A stretch of DNA of 64,000 nt, taken from the IMG/VR virus record IMGVR_UViG_3300033153_010090; one strand, given 5' to 3'. Position 1 is the first letter of the stretch; every line of letters starts with the position of its first letter. Position numbers and translations under genes: made by a program. Shown in pieces: positions 10,945-20,844 of this stretch. Source of the DNA: an uncultured virus (IMG/VR IMGVR_UViG_3300033153_010090) (lineage: Duplodnaviria; Heunggongvirae; Uroviricota; Caudoviricetes). The notes below the pieces were generated by a model. The model ran no database searches. It was not told where the DNA came from and worked only from the letters and a program-made list of their open reading frames with translations.

Positions 10945-13900
10945 CAGTAGTCCCCATCCTCCTCGAACTCATCAGCCCATTCGTCGTCTTCCTCGAAGTA
11001 GTAATCCGGGTCCTCCGGGTTCTCAAAGTCCTCGAGCGGCTCGTTCCCCTCTTCCCCGTAGGCCACCTCGTCGGCAGACACGTCAGGCATGTCTTGTATC
11101 ACGGTCCGTGTAGCCTTGGTCATCGCTCCACTGTAAGAGGCATCCTCGCTGTCCGCGTCGAAGAACCCCGTGATGTCCCCCTTCAGCAGCAGGTCCACTG
11201 AGCGCTCATACCTACGGCCGCGCATGTCGTCCACCAGAGCTCGCAGCGCTGGGACCTCCTCAGCTGAGAACGCGTTCAGTATATCCGACAGAGTCATGGA
11301 GGCCTGGGGGATGGAGGTCGAGTACTCTCCGGCCCGCAGCGGCGTACTGGTCATGAAGGAAAGCAGGTCAGCCAGTATCCGAGTGGCCCGGTTGGTGGCG
11401 GCTGCGAAGCTCCCAGAGGCCACCACGGGGGAGATCGCCGCATCCAGCTCCCCAAGGCCTGAGGATAGCTTGTGCTTGGCCAGGAGCGCCCTGGAGTCCC
11501 GGAATACCCCGAGGCCCTCCTTGAGCGCCTGGTAGGCCTGGTAGGCTGCGTTCTGGACCGAGAACTGGGAACCCAGAATCCCTGTATGGATGGTGCCGTC
11601 GACCGCCAGCTGGTAGGTGCCGACCGCAGTGATCGCCAAGTCCCCCACCCCGCTCAGCGTGAGGATGTCCCCCACCTTCACTCCCTTGAACTCGAGGCTG
11701 GCGCCGTCCCTATCTACCGCCTCGAATAGCTGGGTGGAGCCGTACTGGACTGTAGTGGGAAGGTCCAAGGTCGCTGGCGCTGTGGTCACCTCCAGGGAGG
11801 CACCTCGCTCCTTCGAGATGGTGGAGATTTTGACCCGCTGCGTCAGGACCCGATAGGCCACGTCCTCATGAGCGAGGAAAACCTCTCGCCGCAGGGTGAG
11901 ATGTGTGGCGTCCGGGACCGCATCCACGCGGTAGTAGCCGGCAGACACTCCATCGAGGATCTCCACCTGGTACCCGGCCACCACGCCCAGCGTAAGGAAG
12001 GAGGCCGCAGAATCCTCAACCTGCTTGGTGTCGAACAGCGTCCGAGCGGCCCCCTCGTAGAGAACCTCATCCACCACCTCGGCCACCGCCCCGGTGAGCG
12101 TGGTGTTCAGGAAGTCAGCAAGCTCCTGAGGCTGGACTATGGTGTCGCTGTCCTCCAGGCCCAGGTAAAACCCCAGGGTCTGGTAGGCGTTGTCGGTGGA
12201 GAAGTAGGCGGACTCCCTTGTGGAGGCGTTCACCGTCAACATCGAGGGGACGACCCTCAAGTGCCCGTTGACCCGAGAAAGGGGGGTGAGCTCTACCTTC
12301 TCGGCATCCGACACCGCCGGCGATGCGAGTACATGGCGGTACAAGTAGTTGTTCACGTTCCCAGACGCTTGAGTATTGAGGTCGTCCACCACCTGAGCGA
12401 CCGTCCGGTCTCCCAAGTCCAGGATCCCGCGCTTCACCGAAGGTCCGATGGTGACAGGCTTCCCCTTCCAATCTGGATCGTGTGCAGGGCTCGGAGTAGT
12501 GGTCAGAGCCGGAGAGAACTCAACCGTCAACGTCTGGTCCGTTGGATGCGAATCGAACTGATCCGTGTGGCCGATCGTGGGCCCATCTTGCCCCCGCAGC
12601 TCTCCGGCACCGGTCGCAGGAGTACTGCCGTAGGTCGCCAAGACGACTGTGAGGCTACCCGTGACCCCCACGATCTCAAACCGACCCCCGCTGGAATCAT
12701 GAATGTACCTACCGATGTCCGCAGTGCTGAACACCGCAGCCCCAGGGGCAGACCTGACGTCGGTGAGCGAAGGGACCGTGAACTCCTGCGTTCCTGCGTT
12801 CCACGTGGCAGTAGCAGCGTAGTTGGCTAGCAACCCGAGGTCGGTGATGACCGCGGGGAAGACGTTATCCCACGTCTCGTTACCCGGGCCGAGTGAATCG
12901 TCGTAGAAGTCATCCGAGAAGAACAAAGGCGCGCCCAAGTGCTTGAACCCGATGGACCGAAATGGGTCCTGACCAGCCTTATGCAGACGCAGCAACGTCG
13001 TAGTGTTCTGACTGAACCACGTTGCAGACGTGTAGAAATCGTAGGACTCCGGGTCTACGGCGACGCTCAGGAAACGGTTGTCGGCAGAAATCCCAAAGTC
13101 CTCCTTGTTCCGGGTAACCAGGGACACCCCCGGGATGTCACCCAGCGGGAAGGTCTGAGCTGCACCACCGTTCACCTTGAGCACGAGGTCCGTCAGCGGG
13201 GTCTCCCATGGGCCCGACGCTGTATCAAGGATCGCAGGCTCACCCTCCCCGGTGGCCCTGCCGTAGAAGACGCCGCCTTCCGTGGGGTTGGCAGGACCAC
13301 GGTACCTAACCGAGGTGTAGAGCCGTTGTTCAGCCAAGTAGTTGACGGAGGCTTTCCCTGCAAGGCTGCGCAGCAGAATAGACTTGGTCTTCTCCTCGAT
13401 GCCCGACACCGAGTCCCGCTCCAGAGTGGAGCGCACCCGGTCAACCGACAGCCGTACGTTCGACAGCAGGGTCTGTGCGGCCTTGGACGAGACGTCCAGG
13501 CCCTCGTAGCTCTCAAGCAGGTCAATCAGGAGGTCGATACGCTCGAGCACGCTGGTGTGCTGGGTCTCCAGCTGTACCATGTCCTCCCGGAGGGACCACT
13601 TTGCCTCACCAGCGGCCATCGCCAAAGACCCGCTCCGGGCCGTTGTGCGGCGAAGCCTCTCAGAGAACTTGGTGATGTTCTTGGTGAACCTGGCGAGCTC
13701 CAGGCGGTTGGTCACCGAGCTCGCCGCGTCCAGGGCGAGCAGCGCTGTAGTGGCGTTGTTCAGCTCGGTGCCGGCGCCGCGGTAGTCCGGCGGATTGTTC
13801 GAGACGTAGTCAATGGCGAAGAGCATCCCCTCAACAAGGGAGATCTCCTTCTTGGTCACGGCCAGGAGATCCTTGGCCGCGAGCTGCACGAGGTAGAAGA

Positions 13901-14060
13901 CCGCGTCAGGGTTGGTCAGGAATGTGAGTGCAGCGATGTCCATCGTCTGAGAGAAGACACCATCACCATCAACCACACCATTCTCGCGGGTGAAGTCAAT
14001 ATTGCTCTTGAAGATCCGGGCGACCTCGTTCCGGATGTCCCTGTCGGAGAACCCAGTCAT
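10944..14060 (-). CDS. Large virion structural (baseplate/tail-associated) protein
   Basis: 1038 aa; shares the FxxxGVxAGxxxxI...AGxY beta repeat with 5079-9887. Confidence 0.65.
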   Translation of the reverse strand: MTGFSDRDIRNEVARIFKSNIDFTRENGVVDGDGVFSQTMDIAALTFLTNPDAVFYLVQLAAKDLLAVTKKEISLVEGMLFAIDYVSNNPPDYRGAGTELNNATTALLALDAASSVTNRLELARFTKNITKFSERLRRTTARSGSLAMAAGEAKWSLREDMVQLETQHTSVLERIDLLIDLLESYEGLDVSSKAAQTLLSNVRLSVDRVRSTLERDSVSGIEEKTKSILLRSLAGKASVNYLAEQRLYTSVRYRGPANPTEGGVFYGRATGEGEPAILDTASGPWETPLTDLVLKVNGGAAQTFPLGDIPGVSLVTRNKEDFGISADNRFLSVAVDPESYDFYTSATWFSQNTTTLLRLHKAGQDPFRSIGFKHLGAPLFFSDDFYDDSLGPGNETWDNVFPAVITDLGLLANYAATATWNAGTQEFTVPSLTDVRSAPGAAVFSTADIGRYIHDSSGGRFEIVGVTGSLTVVLATYGSTPATGAGELRGQDGPTIGHTDQFDSHPTDQTLTVEFSPALTTTPSPAHDPDWKGKPVTIGPSVKRGILDLGDRTVAQVVDDLNTQASGNVNNYLYRHVLASPAVSDAEKVELTPLSRVNGHLRVVPSMLTVNASTRESAYFSTDNAYQTLGFYLGLEDSDTIVQPQELADFLNTTLTGAVAEVVDEVLYEGAARTLFDTKQVEDSAASFLTLGVVAGYQVEILDGVSAGYYRVDAVPDATHLTLRREVFLAHEDVAYRVLTQRVKISTISKERGASLEVTTAPATLDLPTTVQYGSTQLFEAVDRDGASLEFKGVKVGDILTLSGVGDLAITAVGTYQLAVDGTIHTGILGSQFSVQNAAYQAYQALKEGLGVFRDSRALLAKHKLSSGLGELDAAISPVVASGSFAAATNRATRILADLLSFMTSTPLRAGEYSTSIPQASMTLSDILNAFSAEEVPALRALVDDMRGRRYERSVDLLLKGDITGFFDADSEDASYSGAMTKATRTVIQDMPDVSADEVAYGEEGNEPLEDFENPEDPDYYFEEDDEWADEFEEDGDY

Positions 14061-14537
14061 CTACGCTGCATCCCATCGAACGAGTGGCACAGACCGGTCG
14101 AACCCGACAGCTGGAACCTGCCTCACGCTGATACTGGGTCGATACTCCCGGCTGTAGATCAAGTGGAGGAAGATCGGGACCGCGGCCGGGGACGAGGACC
14201 ATCTTGGTCCAGCTGAGGGGGTGATGACCGAGGTGTCCTGCCGGAACTCCTCCTTGAACCGCTGTGACTCGAGACGTCGGATGTCACCCCTGTCGAGCTT
14301 CTCGATGAGACGACGGATGTAGCTAGGGTTCCACCCGAACATGCTGCAGACTTCCTCGAACCGCAGCTCCTCGTCAATCTCACCGTTGTCCTCAAAGATG
14401 AAGGCGTAGGCCCGCTTCCACCGGACCTCGAACTGCCTCTTGTTCTTGTAGAGCACGTAGTCAAACATCGCTCGTCGGATGACGTTCACCCACATCATCT
14501 TCTCAGCGCAGTTGGTAGTGGAGACGTCGTACCACAT
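14061..14537 (-). CDS. Hypothetical protein
   Basis: 158 aa in operon; VIRRAMFDY...FEEVCSMFGWNPSYIR. Confidence 0.7.
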   Translation of the reverse strand: MWYDVSTTNCAEKMMWVNVIRRAMFDYVLYKNKRQFEVRWKRAYAFIFEDNGEIDEELRFEEVCSMFGWNPSYIRRLIEKLDRGDIRRLESQRFKEEFRQDTSVITPSAGPRWSSSPAAVPIFLHLIYSREYRPSISVRQVPAVGFDRSVPLVRWDAA

Positions 14538-15793
14538 CAGCTCACCTCCACTGACGGCGGAGTGACGAGGAGCGCGGGCACTTCTGGCAGTCGTGGCGCC
14601 ACAGTTCCAACCTTGCGCACCACAGAAATGTTCGTGGCCCCGGCCGCTAGCCCCGTCACTTGCAGCTTCTTGTCCTCGATCACCAAAAGGGATGCCACTG
14701 TTGGGTCGTCCACAGAGAACTCAAGGAAATTGTTAAAGTCCTCGCTGGCGCACAGCTCCACACCACTGGAAGCGGTAGCTGTCACGAGCACCTCCTTCGT
14801 CTCTCCCACCGCAAGCTGAATCGGGTCGGTATCGTAGACGATGGACTGCACGTACGGGAACACCACGTCCTCGAGCTGATACCCCGCAGCGTCTGGCACG
14901 ATGACGGGAAACGTCATCCCGACCGGGTGCTCCGCCCCATGGATGTGAACGTCGAACATCCCACCCCTCGGGAGGGTGACCTCGAGGTATCCGTTGCCAT
15001 CTGTCTCGACCGTGACCCCTGTCATGATCATGCGATCTCGGACCAGGCTCGGACTACCCGTGAAGTACATTCCAAAGACCGCTGTCGAGAACCCGATCCT
15101 GGGCTGGAACTCCACCACCGTGTTCCGCAAGGGCTCAAGGGCGGTGTTCACCAGGTAACCGTAGAGCAGACACATCTGGATGTCAGAGCTCTCAGGTGCA
15201 TCCAGGGTATGCCCCTCGAAGTCGAACACGTTGGTGGCCGGAGCCACCAAGGGGTCATGCACGGCGATGACTTGCGTCGGCCCCAACGGGAACTCGTACC
15301 CATCTTTCCGTAGACGTACAATGTACTCACGGCCTGGATCAGGGTCCCCCTCCAACATCAGGTCAGCCTCACCGTCCACATCTGAAATGACCGCGGTCAA
15401 ATAGGCATCGGCCGCACTGAAGAGGCTGATGGCCACCCCCTCCATGGGAACGGGAGCCAGCTGGTCGTCCCTCACGACGAACTGCACCAGCTGTGCTGTG
15501 GCCCCTACATGGGCGGTGAACTCGAACTCGTTGGACGGAACGGCAGGGTCGGTGACAGTGATGCTCTTCGTGGGGGTCAGAGGAAAGGAGTGGTCGCCCT
15601 TCCACAGTCGCACGATGTAGTCCACCCCCGGCGCATCGCCGAACAAGGTGAAGTCGATCTCCCCGAGAGCGTCCGTCAGACCCTCTGCCAAGAACGAATC
15701 GGCTGCATCGAAGACGCGGACCAACACGTCCTGCACGGGGGCAGGAACCGCCTCGTCGTCTACGACCCGAATCGTGGCTGTGACATTGGCCAT
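14537..15793 (-). CDS. Structural protein with two carboxypeptidase-regulatory-like beta repeats and a C-terminal Ig-like domain
   Basis: Duplicated VVDD..PAPV..V.V..F.AAD..L...G...YIVRL.K.G..FP..PT unit; SVDDPTVA..VTGLAAGATNISV. Confidence 0.7.
   Translation of the reverse strand: MANVTATIRVVDDEAVPAPVQDVLVRVFDAADSFLAEGLTDALGEIDFTLFGDAPGVDYIVRLWKGDHSFPLTPTKSITVTDPAVPSNEFEFTAHVGATAQLVQFVVRDDQLAPVPMEGVAISLFSAADAYLTAVISDVDGEADLMLEGDPDPGREYIVRLRKDGYEFPLGPTQVIAVHDPLVAPATNVFDFEGHTLDAPESSDIQMCLLYGYLVNTALEPLRNTVVEFQPRIGFSTAVFGMYFTGSPSLVRDRMIMTGVTVETDGNGYLEVTLPRGGMFDVHIHGAEHPVGMTFPVIVPDAAGYQLEDVVFPYVQSIVYDTDPIQLAVGETKEVLVTATASSGVELCASEDFNNFLEFSVDDPTVASLLVIEDKKLQVTGLAAGATNISVVRKVGTVAPRLPEVPALLVTPPSVEVS
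15387..15400. repeat. Dispersed palindrome, copy 2 (ATGACCGCGGTCAA), intragenic
   Basis: One mismatch to consensus. Confidence 0.7.
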
Positions 15794-16747
15794 CTACAAG
15801 GTCCTCCGAATGGCGAACGGGTAGTCCGGGTTGACCGGGTTGAACGGGTCCGGAGCAGTCGCAGCGATCCCCAAAACATCGAAAGAGGTAGCGTCCGGTA
15901 CCACGAACTCTCGCACGTAGGCCGTACCCTCGATCACCATCTTCACCCTCAGTCCACGAACCAACGTGACTTCAGCGTGACCACTGTTATCGGTGGTGAC
16001 TGTTACCGGTGCGCGCATCAACGCAACATGGAACCCCTCGATCTCGAGCGGCTCCTGAAGTGGGTAGAAGGTGATCCGGTGGTCAGGTTGCGACACGCCC
16101 TGAGCGTCCACCAGGTCGATGCTGCCCAAGCTCAGGTTACCTGAGGTGATGACCGTCCCGGGCTCGGCCTCGAACGGCTCAGACCAATCGCTCGTGAGGC
16201 CGGTGCCCTTATGGTAGAACGCCACCCGATAGAAGAAGGTTTGGCTTCCTGTCCCGTTCCCATCCCGGTCGTAGAAGTTGTAGGCGCTCTCCCCCGCGAC
16301 GAGCGTGATGTAGTCCTCCTCGCCGATGTCCCGATCCTCAGCCGCAAAGCCGAGGTCGACAAGTGCCCCACCCCCAGGGAGGTAGAGCTTGGACTGAGTT
16401 CCCGTGAGGAGAGACTCTAAATTTAGCTTGCCGGCTAAATCTGAGGCCACTCCCGATTCGACTGTGTTGATCTGGTCGGCGACCTGGTCCACGGTCAGGG
16501 GATCTACCCCGGAGAAGACGATGTCGTGGAGATTGCCGCTGTCGACCTGCAGCTGCATCGTCTTGGCCGCAACGTTGAACGGGCTGTCCTCCGTCCCCAG
16601 AAGAGTTGCGGCCTGGACCCCATCGGCCGTGAGCTCGGCCCAGGGGCCAATGTCAGCCTCAGCTCGCTGCACGCGCATGGAGTCGAACGACGCAAGCGCG
16701 TCATCGATGTCGTCCACGAAGATCGAGAGGGTGTTGACGCCTGACAT
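15794..16747 (-). CDS. Virion structural protein
   Basis: 317 aa; C-terminus resembles part of the 14537 gene (VTTD..G..EVTL.RG). Confidence 0.7.
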   Translation of the reverse strand: MSGVNTLSIFVDDIDDALASFDSMRVQRAEADIGPWAELTADGVQAATLLGTEDSPFNVAAKTMQLQVDSGNLHDIVFSGVDPLTVDQVADQINTVESGVASDLAGKLNLESLLTGTQSKLYLPGGGALVDLGFAAEDRDIGEEDYITLVAGESAYNFYDRDGNGTGSQTFFYRVAFYHKGTGLTSDWSEPFEAEPGTVITSGNLSLGSIDLVDAQGVSQPDHRITFYPLQEPLEIEGFHVALMRAPVTVTTDNSGHAEVTLVRGLRVKMVIEGTAYVREFVVPDATSFDVLGIAATAPDPFNPVNPDYPFAIRRTL

Positions 16748-16750
16748 GGG

Positions 16751-17035
16751 CTAGTCCTTCTTCACCTTGCGGATCGAAGGAGCCTGAGAGACACCGCGCA
16801 CAGTCGGGGGCTTGACCGGCTGCGTCGGCGGAGATTCTGTGGCACCACGAATCTCTGGCTCTTTCCGCTTGGCATTGATGATGATCGGCGGGCTACGCCG
16901 CTTGGTGGATACGTTGGTGACGTCGGGTGCTTGCTCGGCCACACCTACCAGCCGCGGCGGCTCCGGAGCCTGGACTGGCACCAAGATGCTGCGGGAATGG
17001 CAAAGGTAGCCTCTGGTGGCAAGCGCTAGGGTCAC
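16751..17035 (-). CDS. Hypothetical Pro-rich protein
   Basis: 94 aa; GTGA overlap with the upstream gene. Confidence 0.55.
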   Translation of the reverse strand: MTLALATRGYLCHSRSILVPVQAPEPPRLVGVAEQAPDVTNVSTKRRSPPIIINAKRKEPEIRGATESPPTQPVKPPTVRGVSQAPSIRKVKKD

Positions 17036-17568
17036 AGCTCCTCCAAGAATCGATACTTGATGGCCCCCGTTGCGTCGTAGGCCGCCTCGATGGTGTAGCG
17101 GTGAAGCAGTCCTGTCGTCTCGGTCCCACCCGGAACCGTGGGGACGTTGGACTTATCAGCGAACACCCGCAACCTACCTCCAACCAGTCTACCCTCTGCA
17201 TCATACGTTTGGTTGTCGAACAATGCGTTGCGGTGAAGCAGACCAAGAACACGCTGCATGTCGGCGTACAGAGTGGAGAGAGTGGCGTCGCCGACGTCCA
17301 CCTCAGAGATCCAGTACTCATTGTTGTAACTATTGAAGATTTCCACCTTCCAGTAGCCAACAATATCGGGAGTGTAGGCGATCCGGTACTCACCGCTGGA
17401 GTCGATCTCATCAACGGTCACAGCGGCCGTGTGCTCGAAGCCATCCACCCAAACGGCAGGGACGAATGTGCCCCCGGCTATCCCGGAATGTTTGGTGTAT
17501 CCGTCATCTTCGAAGACGGGAAACTGGTCTGCGACCTGCTCGCCTGGGACTCCCTGGCGCATCTGCAC
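17032..17568 (-). CDS. Hypothetical structural protein
   Basis: 178 aa; preceded by minus-strand TATAAT at 17597-17592. Confidence 0.7.
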   Translation of the reverse strand: MQMRQGVPGEQVADQFPVFEDDGYTKHSGIAGGTFVPAVWVDGFEHTAAVTVDEIDSSGEYRIAYTPDIVGYWKVEIFNSYNNEYWISEVDVGDATLSTLYADMQRVLGLLHRNALFDNQTYDAEGRLVGGRLRVFADKSNVPTVPGGTETTGLLHRYTIEAAYDATGAIKYRFLEEL

Positions 17569-17625
17569 CCCGCTCTCGTGCTGCTGAGGTCATTATACTA
17601 TTGACCCCCGGCCAGGGTAGCAAGG

Positions 17626-18423
17626 CTACTTCCAAGACCAACCAGACTTCATCTTCGCATCCACAGAATCGAAGCCCACCTTGTAGAGCCGTTCGATCAT
17701 GGCCGCGTCCAGCTTGAAAAAGTCGAGCCCAGAGATGGGCGACTCGATGGTGACAATCTTGGCACTCTTCCACACAGCGGTCCGGATGTGCTGCCGCTCC
17801 GCGGCCATCATGAAAGCCGAGACGATGTTGATGTTGAAGGAACCCCACCACTTCCAGGGCTTCATCTCACTGCCAGCGCCCAGCACGCGAATCCCCACTG
17901 CAGGCCCGGCTGGGCGGTCGATGGCAAAGTTGTTGGACACCCCTCCATCCGTCAACCGCTTCCCGTCCATCCGCACGACCGGGAAGATGTCAGGCATGGA
18001 AATAGAAGCCTGCACCGCCTTGGGCAAGGACACCTTGGGGGTATCCTTCGATGAGAAATAGACGGGCTTCCCGGTGTCGGAGTCGGTGGCCACGATGGTC
18101 AAAGGGATCGTAGTCTCGCAGAAAGTGGGCGCGACGTTGTCCTTCAGGTACTTCTGCAGCCGGTCGATGTTAAAGACACCAGGCTCGAACAGGAACTTCC
18201 GGCTGGGGCGGATGAGCTTGTCAGGGGTGATTTTCTTGGCGAGCTCTTTGGCTTGCTGAGGGGTCTTGCCAGAAGCGAAGTACGCACCCATCAGAGCGCT
18301 ACCAGATGTCCCAGTCCAGCTCCCGACTTCCATCCCGTCGGTGAGGAGCCGATGGAGGGCTCCGGCTACAACGATGTAGTTGGCCCCGGTGCCACTTCCG
18401 ACAACGTCCTTCTTGATGCTCAT
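17626..18423 (-). CDS. Patatin-like phospholipase
   Basis: Gly-rich loop GSGTG, nucleophile GTSGS, IVATD, ASISMP..FP, LTDGGVSNN. Confidence 0.9.
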   Translation of the reverse strand: MSIKKDVVGSGTGANYIVVAGALHRLLTDGMEVGSWTGTSGSALMGAYFASGKTPQQAKELAKKITPDKLIRPSRKFLFEPGVFNIDRLQKYLKDNVAPTFCETTIPLTIVATDSDTGKPVYFSSKDTPKVSLPKAVQASISMPDIFPVVRMDGKRLTDGGVSNNFAIDRPAGPAVGIRVLGAGSEMKPWKWWGSFNINIVSAFMMAAERQHIRTAVWKSAKIVTIESPISGLDFFKLDAAMIERLYKVGFDSVDAKMKSGWSWK

Positions 18424-18791
18424 CCCTTTTCCTCTGCCATCTTCATCTGCCGTAGGTTCTCACGGAACTCATCATGGGCCCTGCTTACCTTCTTCGAGCT
18501 CTCAGCTGCGAAGTCGACGATCTCAGCCACATCACCACGGCTGCGTTTGGCCTTCTGGACCAAGAGCATGGCGTCGACGAGACCCCTGTCCACACTACCT
18601 CTGACCACCAAGGCCTGGCCAAGCATATAGTCGCTGTTCTCGTCCTGGAACTGCAGGGCCTCCTTGAGCTCCTCGCCCGTGATCAGGCCGTTGTCGACGA
18701 GCAAACGTCCAAGTGATGTCTCATCGCTCCTCGGCTCCGAATGCCCATTACGCCGGCGTCCGAAAAACCAGACCATGTCGCCCTCCACCAT
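18420..18791 (-). CDS. Stand-alone MshEN-like (c-di-GMP-binding-fold) protein
   Basis: Tandem 24-aa motifs SLGRLLVDNGLITGEELKEALQFQ and MLGQALVVRGSVDRGLVDAMLLVQ. Confidence 0.8.
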   Translation of the reverse strand: MVEGDMVWFFGRRRNGHSEPRSDETSLGRLLVDNGLITGEELKEALQFQDENSDYMLGQALVVRGSVDRGLVDAMLLVQKAKRSRGDVAEIVDFAAESSKKVSRAHDEFRENLRQMKMAEEKG

Positions 18792-18794
18792 GGC

Positions 18795-19151
18795 CTACTT
18801 GTGCTTGACGCACAGTGCCACGACATCCCTGTTCACGGAGTCCAAAGTCTCTTTCATGGCCTTGACCAGTTCTGTGAGACTGCGCGAGTGATCGCGAATC
18901 TCCTGAGTCTTCTGGCCCTCGTTCTTGACGGTCTCGTCGATGGCAGCCAGCGTCGCCATCTGCTCAACATTGGACTTGATGACCATGCCCAAGAGCTTGA
19001 TCAACTCGTCCTTGAGCTTCATGTACTCCCGACCCAGCCAGATGACCAGAGGCACGGTGAGTACGATGACCAAGGCCGCCACTCCCCAACCCATCAAATC
19101 CTTGAGGGTCATTCCCATCTCGTTGATTGCTTCCGGTCCCATAGTCTCCAC
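18795..19151 (-). CDS. Single-TM coiled-coil membrane protein (holin-like)
   Basis: Hydrophobic WGVAALVIVLTVPLVIWLG followed by a heptad tail. Confidence 0.55.
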   Translation of the reverse strand: METMGPEAINEMGMTLKDLMGWGVAALVIVLTVPLVIWLGREYMKLKDELIKLLGMVIKSNVEQMATLAAIDETVKNEGQKTQEIRDHSRSLTELVKAMKETLDSVNRDVVALCVKHK

Positions 19152-19160
19152 CTGATCAAG

Positions 19161-19313
19161 CTATTCAGGCCGCCTTTTCACGGGCTTGTAGCCCATGTCC
19201 TTCTTCTTCGAACGCAGGATATTATCGGCCTCCTTGGCCCCCACCTCCCTGTACAGTTTGACCGCCTTGCCGGGCTCGACTTCCTCGCCGTTGATGATCA
19301 ACTTCTTGGCCAT
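19161..19313 (-). CDS. Small basic protein (50 aa, not in ORF track)
   Basis: MAKKLIINGEEVEPGKAVKLY...RRPE fills the gap; GAGGAG upstream. Confidence 0.6.
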   Translation of the reverse strand: MAKKLIINGEEVEPGKAVKLYREVGAKEADNILRSKKKDMGYKPVKRRPE

Positions 19314-19316
19314 GCC

Positions 19317-19790
19317 CTACTCCTCGTACATCTTGTAGTCGCAGTACATGACGTAGTCCTCGTCGCCAACCGACTCGACCAGGGCCCGCAGGTACAGGCC
19401 GGCGGGGATGAAGGCGGCGCTGCCGAATGCCAGATGCACGTCGCCGATGACACCCGGGCGCAGGTAGCGTTTGCGGATGTACTTGCGCACGGTCAGCACG
19501 TCCTGACCCACGGTCAGGCCGTAGGTGGAAAATAGCCCGAGCACGTCGTCCTTATCCACGACCGCCATCTCGCAGTAGTCGCCGTGAACACTGGCGCCCT
19601 CGACGGCGTAGCAGCCGCCCTGGAGCTTGACGTTCGTGGCCAGGAGCACGTCGTGGACGTTCAACGCGCCGGCGACGACGTCCATGTAGAATCCGTCGAA
19701 GCAACCATCCAAGCCGCCGGCGTCGATGAACGACGGCGCATTGATCGCCCGACCCTCAGCGTCTCGCGGTGGTATGTAGCCAACAGGCAT
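19317..19790 (-). CDS. Hypothetical beta-rich virion protein
   Basis: 157 aa, coupled. Confidence 0.7.
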   Translation of the reverse strand: MPVGYIPPRDAEGRAINAPSFIDAGGLDGCFDGFYMDVVAGALNVHDVLLATNVKLQGGCYAVEGASVHGDYCEMAVVDKDDVLGLFSTYGLTVGQDVLTVRKYIRKRYLRPGVIGDVHLAFGSAAFIPAGLYLRALVESVGDEDYVMYCDYKMYEE

Positions 19791-20326
19791 CAGCCAATCT
19801 CCACGCCCTTGAACAGGGCCGATTGATGGACGAGGTTGGACAGGTCATCGCGGATCGTGACCCTGACGTAGTCGGCGCTGCCATAGGTGCCGTCGGCCTT
19901 GAACGTGAAGCCGTCGAGGGACAGGTGCACGTTCATGTTGTCCGGCGTCGTGACGATGAGCTCGAAGCTGCCGGGCTCGGCGAGCTGGTTGTACTCGCGT
20001 GTGGTCTTGATGTTGGCGATCTCGTACTCGACGTCCTCGGCCTTGATCTCAATAAGCACACCGTTATCCAGCGAGTCGATACCCGCGTAGGCGTCGCCCA
20101 TGTCGATTGCCGCGTCCTCCATGGCCATGACCAGGGCCATGCCGTAGACGTCCTTGGACCCCGGGTTCCAGGTGAAGACGACGGGTGTCGACTCGGCGTC
20201 GATTGCCATCTCCACCGACGCGTCGTCGAGCAGGTAGCCGTGCATGGCCCGACCACAACAGACACCGGGTTTGTTGATCGCGATGACGGGCACGCCCTCG
20301 TTCGTGCGCGGTGTAAGAGCGGTCAC
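19790..20326 (-). CDS. Hypothetical beta-rich virion protein
   Basis: 178 aa, coupled. Confidence 0.7.
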   Translation of the reverse strand: MTALTPRTNEGVPVIAINKPGVCCGRAMHGYLLDDASVEMAIDAESTPVVFTWNPGSKDVYGMALVMAMEDAAIDMGDAYAGIDSLDNGVLIEIKAEDVEYEIANIKTTREYNQLAEPGSFELIVTTPDNMNVHLSLDGFTFKADGTYGSADYVRVTIRDDLSNLVHQSALFKGVEIG

Positions 20327-20844
20327 AGCACATACCCCCTGACCACGGCGTCGATTTCACCGGCCTTGGACATTTGCTGACGTTTGACGATTATCTTCGT
20401 CGTCGAGCCGTCGCCGACCATGACCGTGCCGTCGCGGGCCTCGGCAACGTCATCGTGGGCCACGGCCAGCGTGAAGCCCGTAAGGTAGTAGCGTTCGAGA
20501 ACGTGGCGCGTGGCACCGACGGCGTAGAAGACCTCGACACGCGCACCCTTCTCGGTCGGGTCGCCAGCCGCCCCTACGGCCACGAACTGCAGGTAAAATG
20601 CCTTGGCGTCGGGGATCGTGTACTCGGCCTCCTCTATCAGCGGGTTGCCCGATACCTCCAGCGGATCGCTGGCGTCGATGGTCACGGCCACGGAGCCCGT
20701 CGGCGGCTGCGGCGGCGTGACCACGGTCTTGCTGGACACCAAGAGCCGGCGCTTGGCGCCGTCCTGCACCGAACCCAGTGGCTCGTAGTCCTGGTCGCCG
20801 GGGCCGACGTGGACCCAGACCAACGCCGCGCGACTCTCGGTCAT
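20323..20844 (-). CDS. Hypothetical beta-rich virion protein
   Basis: 173 aa, coupled. Confidence 0.7.
   Translation of the reverse strand: MTESRAALVWVHVGPGDQDYEPLGSVQDGAKRRLLVSSKTVVTPPQPPTGSVAVTIDASDPLEVSGNPLIEEAEYTIPDAKAFYLQFVAVGAAGDPTEKGARVEVFYAVGATRHVLERYYLTGFTLAVAHDDVAEARDGTVMVGDGSTTKIIVKRQQMSKAGEIDAVVRGYVL

Noticed and set aside
1623..12860. Weak palindrome-like matches at 1623 and 12847
   Set aside because: Two to three mismatches, plausible by chance in GC-rich DNA; not counted as sites
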